From: Octopus sinensis
Lineage: Eukaryota
Assembly: GCF_006345805.1 (NCBI RefSeq)
Contig: NC_042998.1
Location: 137,206,001 to 137,270,000 of the forward strand
Reading direction: 5' to 3'
Length of the DNA: 64,000 bases
The notes under the pieces are model-generated. The model saw only the letters and a program-made list of their open reading frames with translations, did not search any database and was not told where the DNA came from. This document shows, piece after piece, positions 13,240-25,471 of this stretch. Made by a program: the position numbers and the translations under genes. Position 1 is the first letter of the stretch; every line of letters begins with the position of its first letter.

Positions 13240-14290
13240 AAGTAAAAGTAAATTAGAAATGTCGTTGACATTGTAAACAAGAGTATATTTGCCTCGTTTT
13301 GGAGGCAACTTGGTGACCAAAATGTCTTTGTAATCCTCGGAAAGTTTTCAAATTGTGTACAGAATACCTACGACAATGGGAAAATAGAGAGTGGAAATGT
13401 TTAAACTTTGGTCTACCTCAGGTGGAGAGGTTGACTCCAAACCTCCAAACCACAGCAATGATATATTTTTGTACAATGAAAGGATTCGACTGCTACAAGA
13501 AATATACATAGTTTTAAAAGAAGTCAAGACTTGAATTATGGCACAGGTAGTAACAATGGAAGTAAATATGAAGTTATTGAAAAGTTTTCCAAACGGAGCT
13601 CAGTGATTTGATATCTATCAAAAAGGATCTAATCTGGGAGAATTAGATCACTGAACAGAGGAAGGACTTCTTTCATCCCAAGACTTCTCTGAATGGAAAT
13701 ACGAGATTATCATAAAGACAACTAATAGTTTTTGATTTTATTTCTTTTATTATATATACAGTTGTTTTCTTGTACAATAGGAACCAGTATTCCAACTCAA
13801 TAAAACTTAATGAGTAATATAAAATTATCAAAATGTTCTTACCAATCTCTTTTACCTTGAACTTCAGCGATTTATACATTCACCTAAAGAAAATGAGCTT
13901 ATCGCGAGACAGCAAAAGCAATTCATAAATTATCCCTACTTCATCTGTTTCCAGAATAGCAGAACAAAGCAAGTTTACTGAAAAAAATCGACATGGACTT
14001 TGAGGAAAAACATAAACTTTTCGAGTAATCACGGAAACAGAAAACTATGAATATTTGATGCAGATGTTCAGTGACTTTAAAAGTTTGTGTATTAAAATGT
14101 GCATAAAAACACACTTTCTCTATAAAACACAAGGAACACAAGAGATTGTTTCAAGAGATTATGGTTGACATTAATGAAGAACATAAAGGGAAATTCCATC
14201 TCGATATTAAAGTGATAGGGAAAAGGTACCAAAGCAGATGAGACAAAAACAAATAATGGAAGACTTCATCGTACCTGATTGCTCCTTCAA
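13240..14290 (+). mobile_element. Internally deleted, degenerate Chapaev3-like (CMC superfamily) DNA transposase remnant
   Basis: N-terminal QLGDQN..EYLRQW..NFGLP..PNHSND (cf. LGDQDK..W..FGVPMVWREP.NH..DCYFC); C-terminal ENYEYLMQMFSDFKSL..KMCIKTHFL..DINEEHKGKFHLDIKVIGKRYQSR*D (cf. MSIKVHFL..SEEQGERFHQDIK.ME.RYQG.W). The family label is from recall of the motifs. Confidence 0.7.
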
Positions 14291-14538
14291 AGGTAAATCG
14301 TCGTGATTTACATATATATATATAATTCAAGTAAGAGAAGAAAATAGAGAGTTAATGGTTAATAATTAATTTATTAACATATTGATAATCATTCCTACAA
14401 TTGCTTCAATTTATACTCAATTAATGAATTACAAATTTATGTAATAAATTTGCATTTATTCTTTCTGTAATATGTAATTTTCTAGATGGTGTAATTTAAT
14501 TTTTTATTATTGAATTGATAAAAGGTGGTTTTTTTCTA

Positions 14539-14608
<70 letters not shown>

Positions 14609-14611
<3 letters not shown>

Positions 14612-15332
14612 GCGACTCCAGATCATCAGCGTCGTCACTCGAGCTCACCATAGATTTCGCTTTATTTCTAGTTCCAAATGGCTTATTTTTTATATCTAGC
14701 GCTATGTCTTTCTCCATTTCTAAGTTAAGGGTAAAAATAAAACAACTCAGCAAAGCACAACTGATCTTTACACACAGACGCACAGAATAACAGCAATCAA
14801 ATAACGACAGCTGGGTGCACAACAAACATCAGCGATTTGAATGTCACCTGTACTCTTGACAACAGATGCCAGTTAGTTTTTTACACCTACCAGGCTCGTT
14901 TGTATTAGCCCGAGTTGCTGGGTAATTTTTCCTTCTTTTAAGAATATTTAGAACGGAAAATTTTCATAGATTGGAATTTAAATACTAATCTCTATAGAAA
15001 TTTATTGTTTCGAGAAAACATTAAATTTGGATTACTTTTAATTTTTACGATCATAGATAACAACTCGAGAGGTAACTTCTGAGCCCGAGTTAGGCGCGTG
15101 TGAACGATGTCGAGAGAACGTCTGCTACGAATGATACTTTATGACGCAGGGCACTTCTAAGATGACCGCCAGACGCTGAACTGCAACCAGGCTCAATAAA
15201 AGGAGCGCGAGTTATTGGCTGCAATTACATACTTGAAGTTAGAGTTGGAATTAAATCAGCTTGGAAATACACGCTCACTTAAATTTATACTCAGGCTAAG
15301 CCCGAACAGCCCGAGTGCCGGAGTCGCCGCTG
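14609..15332. mobile_element. Non-autonomous DNA transposon / MITE in a (TA)n tract
   Basis: Imperfect terminal inverted repeats GAGGCGACTCC and GGAGTCGCCGCTG; (TA)n on both sides; recurring internal GCCCGAGT motif. Confidence 0.5.
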
Positions 15333-15851
15333 ATATATATATATATATATATATATTCCACTAGTGGACAGAGCAAGCGCCGCAATGGATCCGATCGAAA
15401 GTTATGGAGAGTGATGTTCTTGTTTAGAGATCTTTATTTGACGTGGTCTCATAACGAATGGAGATGACATAGCATCTGAGTAAGCCATGAACAGGTGAGC
15501 TGAATAGAAGAGATTACTGTGAAAGTCTGGAGTCGTGGTACATTAGTAACGGAAAAACCATTACCATGAGTTACGGGCTGGTTCATTATTCATATGAATT
15601 GACGGATAAGGAAGTATGTGTATATATATAGATCATCATCATCATCATCATCATCATCTTCGTCATCATCATTTTTACGTTCACGTCTTCATGCTGATAT
15701 AAGTTGGATGGATCAGTTTGTGTATATGCATATACAGATAGATATTCGTATGTACATGTGTACGTATATATGCATATGTGTGTTTTATGTGCGTCTATCT
15801 GTATGAGAATATGTGTAAGATAGAGTGTGTATGAATACGCGCGCGCATGTG

Positions 15852-15896
<45 letters not shown>

Positions 15897-15900
<4 letters not shown>

Positions 15901-16479
15901 GTGCATTCAAAAAATATTCGACAAAAGTAATGTGTAGGCAAAATACTTTGGGTGGGAGGAGACGCCAACCTTCCTGCGCATGTGCAAAAAGTTTCGCCTC
16001 AGTAGGTCGCGTCAATTCTCGGCTATTATACTTAGAGTATAGATGTGAAGTACGCGCTCATCGGATTTTTGTTTTCACCGAACGTATCGAACATCAAGTT
16101 TTTCCAAAAGCTTGGCGATACTCAGGGTCAAACCATCCAGAAGATTCAGCAGACCTTTGTCTATGATGCCATGAGCAAAACTCAGGTCAAGATCAATCAT
16201 GTCCACACCTCAGTGGAAAGCGAGAAATGCCCAGGCAGACCACCAACAAGCCGAAACGAAGAGCCGATTGAGAAAGTTCGGCGAATAGTCATGGAAGACC
16301 ACCACGAAGTGGGAATAAGCACAGGATCAGCACATTTTTTCCTTTCTAACAGAGGAATTGCGCATGCGGAAAGTGTCTGCGAAATTCGTCCCCAAGGTGC
16401 TTGCAGAGCAGCAGATTCAACTCCGCATGGAAATCGCCCAGGACATGCTGGAAGTCGCATACTTTTTGGACGCACCTCG
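15897..16479 (+). mobile_element. Internally deleted mariner element with both TIRs
   Basis: TIRs CGAGGTGCATTCAAAAAAT and ACTTTTTGGACGCACCTCG, TA duplications; encodes the HTH region IKFFQKLGDT..GRPPTSRNEE..IEKVRR and MRKVSAKFVPK; catalytic domain deleted. Confidence 0.9.
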
Positions 16480-17241
16480 TATATAAGAATATATGTAAAT
16501 TCAAAGTCCAGGCACTCCTCCGTTGATAAGGAGCGTTGTATACTAGTATGTTAGTTGCGTTAGTTGTGTTCCTTGTGTTTTAGAAATCTGCGCAAAGGCT
16601 GACATTTTAAAGGAGCAAAATTTCAAGCAAAAGAAAAACGAAAATCACAAATTTTCACAGCTTTCAACTATTGATGATAGGTATAACAAAACATGGAAGA
16701 CGTTTGTTTGTTTTATCTTATTTCATTTTGTTTTGCATTATTTTTTCTTTTTGTTTTCTTTTTTATAGCTTAATCAAAAGGAAAGAGCGACTCCAATGAT
16801 CTTTTTTGGATAGCCTCCAAGACTCATAGCAGAAATAGGGGCGGAAAACAAACTACGTTCATGAATTGCTACCGATGGAGGAAATAGTGCATCAGGATAT
16901 CAAGTTACCTTCAGAGAGGAGACATTAGGAATGCTTAGAATAGAATGAACTCTTCCATAAGAAGTCAATGGTCAAATGTTGCTCGTAAACCAAGAGCAAA
17001 TACAGTTCACCCAACGATTTGGCACAATATGTCAGCCGAATTTCACCCAAACAGCTTGTGTCAATCCAAAGTTAGAGAAGACGAAACTATCCCGAGATGT
17101 CACACTAAGGACCAAATCCCAAATCATTTGATTTCGAAACAAACCTTTTTAACCACACAACAATACCTACACCTGCGACAGAGGATATAACTTTAGCTTG
17201 GAAATGAAAGGAGACTGAAAATATGGTCCACCCTGGTATTA

Positions 17242-17400
17242 CCGTATATATTTGTGTGTAAGTTGCACCCCTAGTTCAGTGTTAACTCCTGTTACAACAT
17301 TTTCCCCTTCATATTCCAAATTGATATCAGCTTTACCCCGTGTATAAGTCACACTCTAATTTTTTCAGATAAAATCAAATACAAAACAGTGCGATTACGG
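17242..17400. mobile_element. Tc2/pogo-type MITE
   Basis: TA-CCGTA start and TACGG-TA end, with internal GTGTAAGTTGCAC and GTATAAGTCACAC repeats. Confidence 0.55.
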
Positions 17401-18584
17401 TACCTTTTTTCTACTTTGCTTCATAGCTCATACACATCTCAAAAGTGCTTTGTTCATAATCAATTTATAATGATATAAAAAGTGCCTAAATCTTACTTTA
17501 TTCGATTACTAGTTCCAGCCAGTTGGATATGTCTTATAGATCAGAGACACCCCCTCCAACCACTGAGCAATGGATTATCTGGTATCGGGCTGCACAGAAA
17601 GAATAATTTTTAAATTTTATTTCTATTTTGTTGCCTGTCGCATTCTGGAGGGATTTTGCATTATATATGTAATAATTAAATTATATTTTATACATATTGT
17701 AGTGTGTTTAGTTATGCAATTGATCTTCTGGTCCGTGGAAAAATTGTTTTTGCTTGAAACTTGTCCATGGTGCAAAACAAACGTGGGGATCACTGCCACA
17801 GATTATAAGCTGAAATATTTGGTAGGTTTTTGAAGCGGAGAAGGTTAACTTTTGTACGATCCGTAAAGAAAATGATCATTCAACATTTTTAAGTTATAAA
17901 TTAATAGCTAAAATTGTTTTGTTTTGTTTTTTCCTCCACAGCTAAAAGTGACATATTGATTAAGCCTGACGCAGATTCAGGGTATCTTTTTTTGCATAGC
18001 TATTGTATTTCCTACATGACACTTAAAATGTCGCGGAACAAATAGCTCGATAGCTAAAAACACTTAAGCACAACATGGTGATTTACAAAACAACATCCAC
18101 CTGATCTTCGATCACGTTGACGAATCGGGCATAAAAGCAGAAATAACTGTAGTTCAGATACGATATGAAACTGAGGACTTTGAACATTGGTTGAGAACAG
18201 CTTAATGCCATCCATATTATTTGCAATCAGCAATAATCTTTGAAATAACGTATGCAGTCTAACATGAAATAAATTTATTAAAAATATGATATTTTGTTTA
18301 TGTTGCTTGTGTTTCTTTTAACTTTTTTATATTTCTTTCTTTCTGTTACCTATTACATAAATGTCAACCAAAGAAAACGACCTGGAAACGTGATATTTTA
18401 AATATTAAGCATACTGGTAATGTGTGTGTGTGTCTGTGGGGGTGTATGTGTGCGCGCGTGTGTGTGCGCGTACGTGCGTGTGTGTAGAGAGAGAGAGACA
18501 GACAGACAGAGACAGAGACGGGGGTACACACAATCACACACAGATACAGCGAGAGGAGGGAGAGTAAGGTATACAAAGAGATAA

Positions 18585-18616
<32 letters not shown>

Positions 18617-18624
18617 ATAAATAA

Positions 18625-18702
<78 letters not shown>
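18585..18702. repeat. (GATA)n microsatellite
   Basis: Directly visible. Confidence 0.95.
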
Positions 18703-18703
<1 letters not shown>

Positions 18704-18716
18704 TTATATTTTTACA

Positions 18717-18845
18717 CGAATAGTGACAGTGAATTCGAAGTTTCGGCCTGTTAGCCTTCGTCGGACCGTGCTTGTGGCATATTCTGTCTTGACAGTCCGA
18801 CGAAGACTGGCAAGCTGAAAATTCGAAGTCACTATCACCACTATT
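18717..18845. ncRNA. Fold-back of two degenerate type I hammerhead-like motifs (Penelope-like/retrozyme remnant)
   Basis: Plus arm GACAGT-CCGACGA-AGACTGGCAAGCT-GAAA-ATTCGAA-GTC-ACTATC (18791-18836); inverted arm at 18725-18770. Confidence 0.5.
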
Positions 18846-18917
18846 CTTACAAAAGTATAAAGAACATTAATTCCGCAAAAAGTATTGAGTAATTCTTCTG
18901 TTATAACTCATCCTGTG

Positions 18918-21260
18918 ATCTGGCAGAATCGTTAGCACGCCTGACACAATGCTTAGTGGCATCTCGTCATCTTTACGAGTTCCAATCCACCAAGATCGAC
19001 TTAGCCTTTTATCCTTTCGGAGTCGATGAATTAACGACCAATCAGGTACTGGGGGTCTTTATTCAGTTAGACCCCTCTCTGAAATTTCAGGCCTTGTACC
19101 TATAATAGAAAGGAATATAACTCATCCAAAAAACAATAGATAGTAGTAGTAATGCTACAGGTAGTGGTGGTGGCGGCGGTAAAGGTGGTGGCAGCAGCAG
19201 CAGCAACAGGTATGAGAAGCAGAAACAACAAAATGTTGAGGAAAATATTTTACAGTATTTAGTTTGGCCGTTTTACGTTTTCAAATTAACACCCCTTCCC
19301 AACCATTTATCTTTTCTGTATGGACTTTACCTTTGATTGTTCAGGAATCGGTAAAATGCGAACTAATTAAAGGCTGGTATTGATTTAATACACTACAGAC
19401 ACCGTCGCCAAAACATTTCGTGGTTTTATACAACTGTGGTGTTAAACTCTGCCTTTCACCCTTTCCATGTCGATAAAATACAGCACCAATCAAGTAATAA
19501 GAATTCGATATAATCGACAAACCCCGACCAAAATTTCCTGGTTTTTGTGCTTATGTTAAAAGTAATTATTATCAGTTTTGTGGACAAAGGTGGTGTGTTG
19601 GCAGAACCGTGAGCGTGTCGGACAAAATACTTACTAGCATTTCTTCCGGCTATTTACGTTCTAAGTTCAAACGCCGCCGGTGTCTACTTTGCCTTTCATC
19701 CTTTCGAGGTTGATAAAGTAAGTACCAGTTGAACACTGGGATTGATGTAATCAACTTTACCCTCTCCTCAAAAACTGTTGCCCCTGTGCCAAAATTTGAA
19801 ACTATTATTAGTACTATGACAAAGGTGGCAAGCTGGCAGATTCGTCAGCACACTGGACGAAATGCTTAGCGGTGTTTCACCCGCCGCTACGTTCTCAGTT
19901 CAAATTCCGCCGAGGTCAACTTTGCCTTTCACCCTTTCGGAGTTGATAAATCAAGTACCAGTTGAGTACTGGGTCGATGTAATCGACTAGTCCTTCCCCC
20001 AAAACTTCAGGCCTTGTGCCTTTAATAGAAAGGATTATTAGTACTGTGACACAGGCAGCAAGCTAGCAGAATCAGTAGAGTGTGGGGGGAAATGCCTTGC
20101 ACAATTCTTTCCAGCTCATTATGTTCCGAGTTCAAATTTCGCCGAGATCAATTTTGCCTTTCATCTCGCCAAGGGCGATAAAATAAAGTATCACTCAAGT
20201 CCTAGGGTTCATAGTATAGATTACCCCTAATTATAAAATTGATGGTCTAGTGCCTAAACTAGAAACTAATAGTGGCGAACTGACAGAATAGTAAGAAAGT
20301 TGGACGAAATGTTTTGCGGTATTTCTTGCGGCTCTTTACATTCTGAGTTAAAATCTCATCGAGGCCAACTTTACCTTATATTTTTCCGGGAGGAGAATAA
20401 AGGACCGCAGTAGGTGTAAGGATGGCTATGTGGAAAGAAGCTTGCTTCCCAACTTTTTAGTCCCGGGTTCAGTCCCACTGTGTGGTATCTTGGGCAAATG
20501 TCTTCTACTATAGCATCGGGCCGATTAAAGCCTAGTGAGTGGATTTGGTAGGCGGAAACTGAAATCCCGTCGTGTATGTGTGTGTGTGTGTGTGCGTGTG
20601 TGTTGACAACCGGTGTTGGTTTGTTTACGTCCCTGTAACTTTGCAGCTCGGCAAAAAGCGACCGATAGAATAAGTTCAAGACTTAACCTATATATACCTC
20701 TGGTTGCGTTTGCAGAGCCTGCTCCTACGAGTTTGGACATGAACTCGCCGAGAAGCATGTAACTGAGCATACGAAATGTTCAGTGGGTAGTCGACACCCG
20801 TAGCTAACAGCTGCATACTGCCCTTCTCTTCCAGATTGCGAAAGCTTACCATAACGTTTAATCGAAACACGGTGAAATTTTAAGACTTCATTTTTTATGG
20901 GCATATATGGGTCAAAAAGAAATAAGCACTAGGATCAATTCCTCCAACTAAATGTTCTTCAAGGCAGTGCCCCAGTGTGGCCGCAGTCCAATGACTAAAA
21001 CAAGTAGATGATAAAAAGTTACCAGCATCGACTGGGTCCATGGTATCAACTAACCCACTCACATCAAAACTACTGGCCTTGTGCCTAAATCAGAAACCAT
21101 AAATGTTATTACTATTAAATGAGTTCAAATTCCGCTGAGGTCGACTTTGTCTTTCATCCTTTCGAATCGATGAAATAAGTACCAGTTACGCATTAGGGTC
21201 GATGTAATCGACTTAACCCACTCCCACGGGCCTTGTACTTATAGTAGAAAGGGCTAATGT
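18918..21260 (+). mobile_element. Head-to-tail cluster of at least 8 SINE copies, mostly with a Meta/MESC-like central domain
   Basis: Repeated GGCAGAATCGTTAGCAC..GTTCAAATTCCGCCGAGGTC..GCCTTTCATCCTTTCG..GATAAA..AGTACCAG..TCAGGCCTTGTGCC units, all on the plus strand. Confidence 0.85.
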
Positions 21261-21498
21261 TACTACTGTTGTTGTTGTTACTGCTGCTGTTCTTAATACA
21301 GCCGTGTCACTGAAGGCAGGTCTTCGGATAGCTTATAGCATATTCTTGGCAAAAAATATCGGTTAATTCCCTTCCATGACATCGTTTTGCTTATCAGCAA
21401 CATAGCAGTGAGGGCAAGTAAGGGTAAAAAGAGATTTTTTTTAATGCGAACACATGAAGAAAAACATTGTATGTGAGAGGTGCCAAGCGTTTCAGCTT

Positions 21499-21574
<76 letters not shown>

Positions 21575-22012
21575 ACGCACGCGCTTGTAAAACCGACTCA
21601 ATATGCTTGTTGGTAATTACTTCCCTGGGTCAATTACTCTCAAAACAATTACAACAATCTGCCAGAGAAGCTTACTTAAGAGATAGCTACTGGTTTAAGA
21701 GAGTGAATCTAAGGCAGAGGTGTAGGTGGCTACAAGCTGTCTCGAAATAGAAAATATCTCTTGAAGAAAACAGAAACATTAATGTATACGCGTGCTGTGG
21801 AGGGCGCGTGCTCATGCGTTTAGTGTGCATGTATGTGTACAGGGGCGATATGATGCTTCTAGTGCAGGCGTTCTTAGTTGATGGCGTAGGTGTGTTGCTA
21901 CTTTCCACCTGTTTGCAGCCCTCTCGTTTACAGCGTGCTGCCGCTGGCTAGCCTATGTGCTGAAGCAGGAAGCAGCTTAGTGTGTATTGCTCTCTCTCTC
22001 CCTTACTCTCTC

Positions 22013-22070
<58 letters not shown>

Positions 22071-22317
22071 CCTTCCTTCCTCCCTCCCTCACTCTCTCAC
22101 TCAGTCTTCTGACCAGCCTTCCACGCGATAACACAGGATGCTTCGCAGCTCCAGGCCGACCTGGCAGAAGATCTCGAAGCAACACTAAAATGGGATTATT
22201 AACAGTAAAGCGGCTGTATTAATAACTGCAACAACAATAGCAGTAGTAATATTAACCCTTTCTACTATAAACAGAAGACCTGTGGGAAAAGGTTAAGCCA
22301 ATTACATCGAAATATAG

Positions 22318-23340
22318 GGTCATTAATAGGGTTCTTCACAATACAACTGAACCATCGGTGATTAGAGAACGCGAGGCGGCCTGCGCGACATAGAGTCAGG
22401 CGGCCTGCGCGACATGGAGTCAGGCGGCCTGCGCGACATGGAGTCAGGCGGCCTGCGCGACACGGAGTCAGGCGGCCTGCGCGATATGGAGTCAGCCCGG
22501 GCTGCATCTTGCTGACGTTCACCCCACCTCCACCAACTCCCTTCTGAAGACGTTCGGTCCTCTCGAAAGAAATGGGATGCCATTCAGTGTAGCATGATTT
22601 GTGTATGAGTTAGTGTGCCGACTTGACCAGCACCGTCTGATAGGTTTCTGCTCAGCCTCTGAGCTTCGCAGCGGAGGTTGGCTCAATGCCGTACCCTCAT
22701 TCGCAACTGGTACTCATCTTGGTAGCGATTGTCTGTGCATCGGTGTTTCCTTGAGGCTTGGCCTCCAGATCTATGAGCGTCGTGAATTCCGCTGCATATC
22801 CCCTGTGGATTATTTCGGCCTCCACCCACTGTCATACCGTCAGAGTACCGGCCGCCTTCCACGCCATGCCGCCTTTAACAAGATCATAAAACTATGGCCT
22901 AGAATCTGCAGGCTTCCCTTCCTAGCTCGACCCAGCGAAGCTAGACCGAGGAGACGGCAACAGGCCGGACGATATGACAGTTTTCCCGTTCCGTGGAGGT
23001 AGGTCTTTCATCTGGTACGTCATATGCTGCGACACCTTCTCCAGCGGCAACTTGGTGGGGTCAGCTACCAGCCCAGGCTCTACCGCTCATCAGGCTGAGA
23101 AAAGCAAGCTGTCAAGGTATCGGTCGCTCTCCGACAGATTTATAGTCGAGCTTGTGGCAGTGGAGACCTCTGGCGTTCTTGGCCCCTGGATCATATCCCT
23201 ACTCATCGCTATTGGGGCGGAGATGGCTATCCGCAAGTGCAAGCCCCGTGGGTCACAGTGGTTGTTCCTGGCATCTCCCTCGCCATTCTCCGGGGCAGTA
23301 ACTACTTCACAGTATATGTGCGGCTCAAGAAAGTTAAACC
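22318..23340 (+). mobile_element. CRE-clade RLE non-LTR retrotransposon, 5'-truncated and degenerate
   Basis: SRKKWD..LDQHRL..SGGWLNAVP..GVSLRLG..FGLHPLS..GRLPRHAAFN, then MTVFPFRGGRS..CCDTF..AEKSKLSRYRSL..AVETSGVLGP: CRE-type zinc knuckle and RLE C-terminus. Confidence 0.85.
22374..22495 (+). repeat. 24-bp GC-rich minisatellite, about 5 units
   Basis: Unit GAGTCAGGCGGCCTGCGCGACATG with single-base variants. Confidence 0.95.
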
Positions 23341-24085
23341 AAGATGTGCTGCCTCGGCATCGAACAGCTCTGCTGGCTATTGAACAGAGGTACTACAGTG
23401 TAGTTAAGTATAGTTAATGCAGTAATTAGTGCAACCAGGGTACTTGAAGAGGATAGAACCAATGCATATAATTTTACTATCTTGAATCACTGTATCATTT
23501 TGTATCTAATTTTTAAAATATTCCTTTATATCATTTACTTGGCTCTAATTACCTTTTAAATTTATTTTTAGCTGACCTAAATAGCCATCTAGCTACATGT
23601 ACTGAGGTAACCGATGTGTTTTTATTTGTTTATTTATTCACTGTCCTCTGAGGTCATTTTACGTTTAAATACCAAACTGACTTTTCGTAGCATATCATAT
23701 TTCATCTTCGCTTTCTATCTTTCTGCATTCCTGCCCTTTGGTTTCAGTTATTTCCCAGCATTGTTACTAAATTCTCAGTTTTCATTAAATTCACGCCTTT
23801 GTGAGTTGTCTTTAAAACATTGTTTGCATAAAGTTTTGGATAAATATGATTTCACAATCGATCCAGTATGGACTGACTTGTGTATTATACTATTTATTAT
23901 ATCTAAAAATGCTTACGTAATAGAAACACATGTTGGCCTTTGTATCATGCAATCAAGTATTAAAGATTTGTTATTCTTCATACTTGTTAATGTATTTCTA
24001 AGATATTATGTAATTTTTCGAAATTCTTTCAAGTAAATTTTGGATTTACTTATTTGGATTTAACGAACTTCGATCGTTCAACATA

Positions 24086-25331
24086 CGAGAATCAGCTGAG
24101 AAGTTCATAGGCTGACCAAGATATTCTCACGGAATATGAACAAATGAGGTTTATTTTTCAACATAATCCTCTTGCGGTCCACACACTTCTTCCGTCTATG
24201 TTGCAGTGTTCGGATCCCATCGGTAAGGAAGCTTTCATCCTGTTGGGCAAAAAAGTCATCAACAGCAGATATGACGTCATCATCAATGCGATATAGGTTC
24301 CCAACCAAATGTCTTTTTTCATGCTGGGGAACAGCTGATAGTCAGATGGGGCCAAATCTGGAGAATAGGGAGGGTGATCAACTGGTTCAAAGCCACAATC
24401 ATGCATAGCAGCCATTGATCCAAGGATTTTGTGCTAGAGCATTGTCCTGATAAAACAAGACCCCTTCTGTCAGTTTTCCTGGGTATTTGGTCTTGATAGC
24501 CTTTCGTAACTGCCTCAGCAAGTTGACATAGTACTCTCCATTGATGGAGTATCTCTTTTGAAGATAATCGATAAATGCAATGCCTTTTGCAGCCCATAAA
24601 ACTGAAGCTGTCATTTTCCCTGCGGATGAAACGACCTTAGCCTCTTTGGAACAGATGGGGAAGGGTGTTTCCACTGCACGGATTGTCTCTTTGTCTCTGG
24701 CTCAAAGTGATGAACCCATCACGCATCCTGTCTTAGGAAACGTCTAGCTGGATCTGCTTCAAACAATGTCAGATTTTCTTGTAACGTGATCAATCTGGTG
24801 CGCTTTTGATCAGGTTTCAAGAGACGTGGTACTTGCCAAACAAAAGCGTCCGTCACGAGATATGCTAATAGCATTGACTATTTGATTTACAGTCAATAGC
24901 CTGTTACACCATGTGATGAAAACGATCAATGTTTCTTCGGTGGTGGCAGTTGCAGGACGTTCAGACCTAGGATTGTCTTCAAGACTCTCCCTTCCCCTCC
25001 AAAATTCAGCTACCCACTTTTCCACTGTTGATAAAACTTGTGCGCCATCCCCTAATGCAGCAACCATATCAGCATGAATGTACTTGGGGGCTAAACTCTT
25101 TTTCTGCAAGTAGTGAATAACACCACGATGTCATTTTATCCATTTTCAAGAGAAGTCGCCACTATTTACTTTTGAAGTCTTCTTTAAACATTCAGATGTC
25201 AGTTTACCTGGAAAGAAACAATGCAGTTATTAATAAGATATGAAATAAATACATGCATAATTTCACAGCTCTAGCACCGCTCCTTCATAGTCAGCATTCA
25301 CTCCTCCATTAAACTTTCCAGCCCACCTTCG
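24086..25331 (-). mobile_element. Near full-length degenerate mariner (irritans/Hsmar2-like)
   Basis: TIR CGAGAATCAGCTGAGAAGTTC.. and AAACTTTCCAGCCCACCTTCG, TA flanks; fragments RGRESLEDNPRSERP, WVHHFEPETK, VLFYQDNA, HPPYSPDLAPSDYQLFP; frameshifted. Confidence 0.9.
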
Positions 25332-25471
25332 TAGTGAATCGAGTTTGCATAGCCATTGAGTGCTGACAAAGTATCTGCTTGGATTTATAAATCTCTATTA
25401 TTTGATCTTTTATATGTTGTGTGTGTTTGTGTATGCATATATGCATATGCGCACGCGTGTATATATATATA

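Noticed and set aside
22374-22495. 24-bp repeats as a possible CRISPR array
   Set aside because: Units are contiguous with no spacers, the context is eukaryotic, and the repeat lies inside a CRE retrotransposon.
23614-24036. 140-aa hydrophobic ORF
   Set aside because: TTG-started, AT-rich, no recognisable motif or splice context; may be the antisense of a decayed LINE end.
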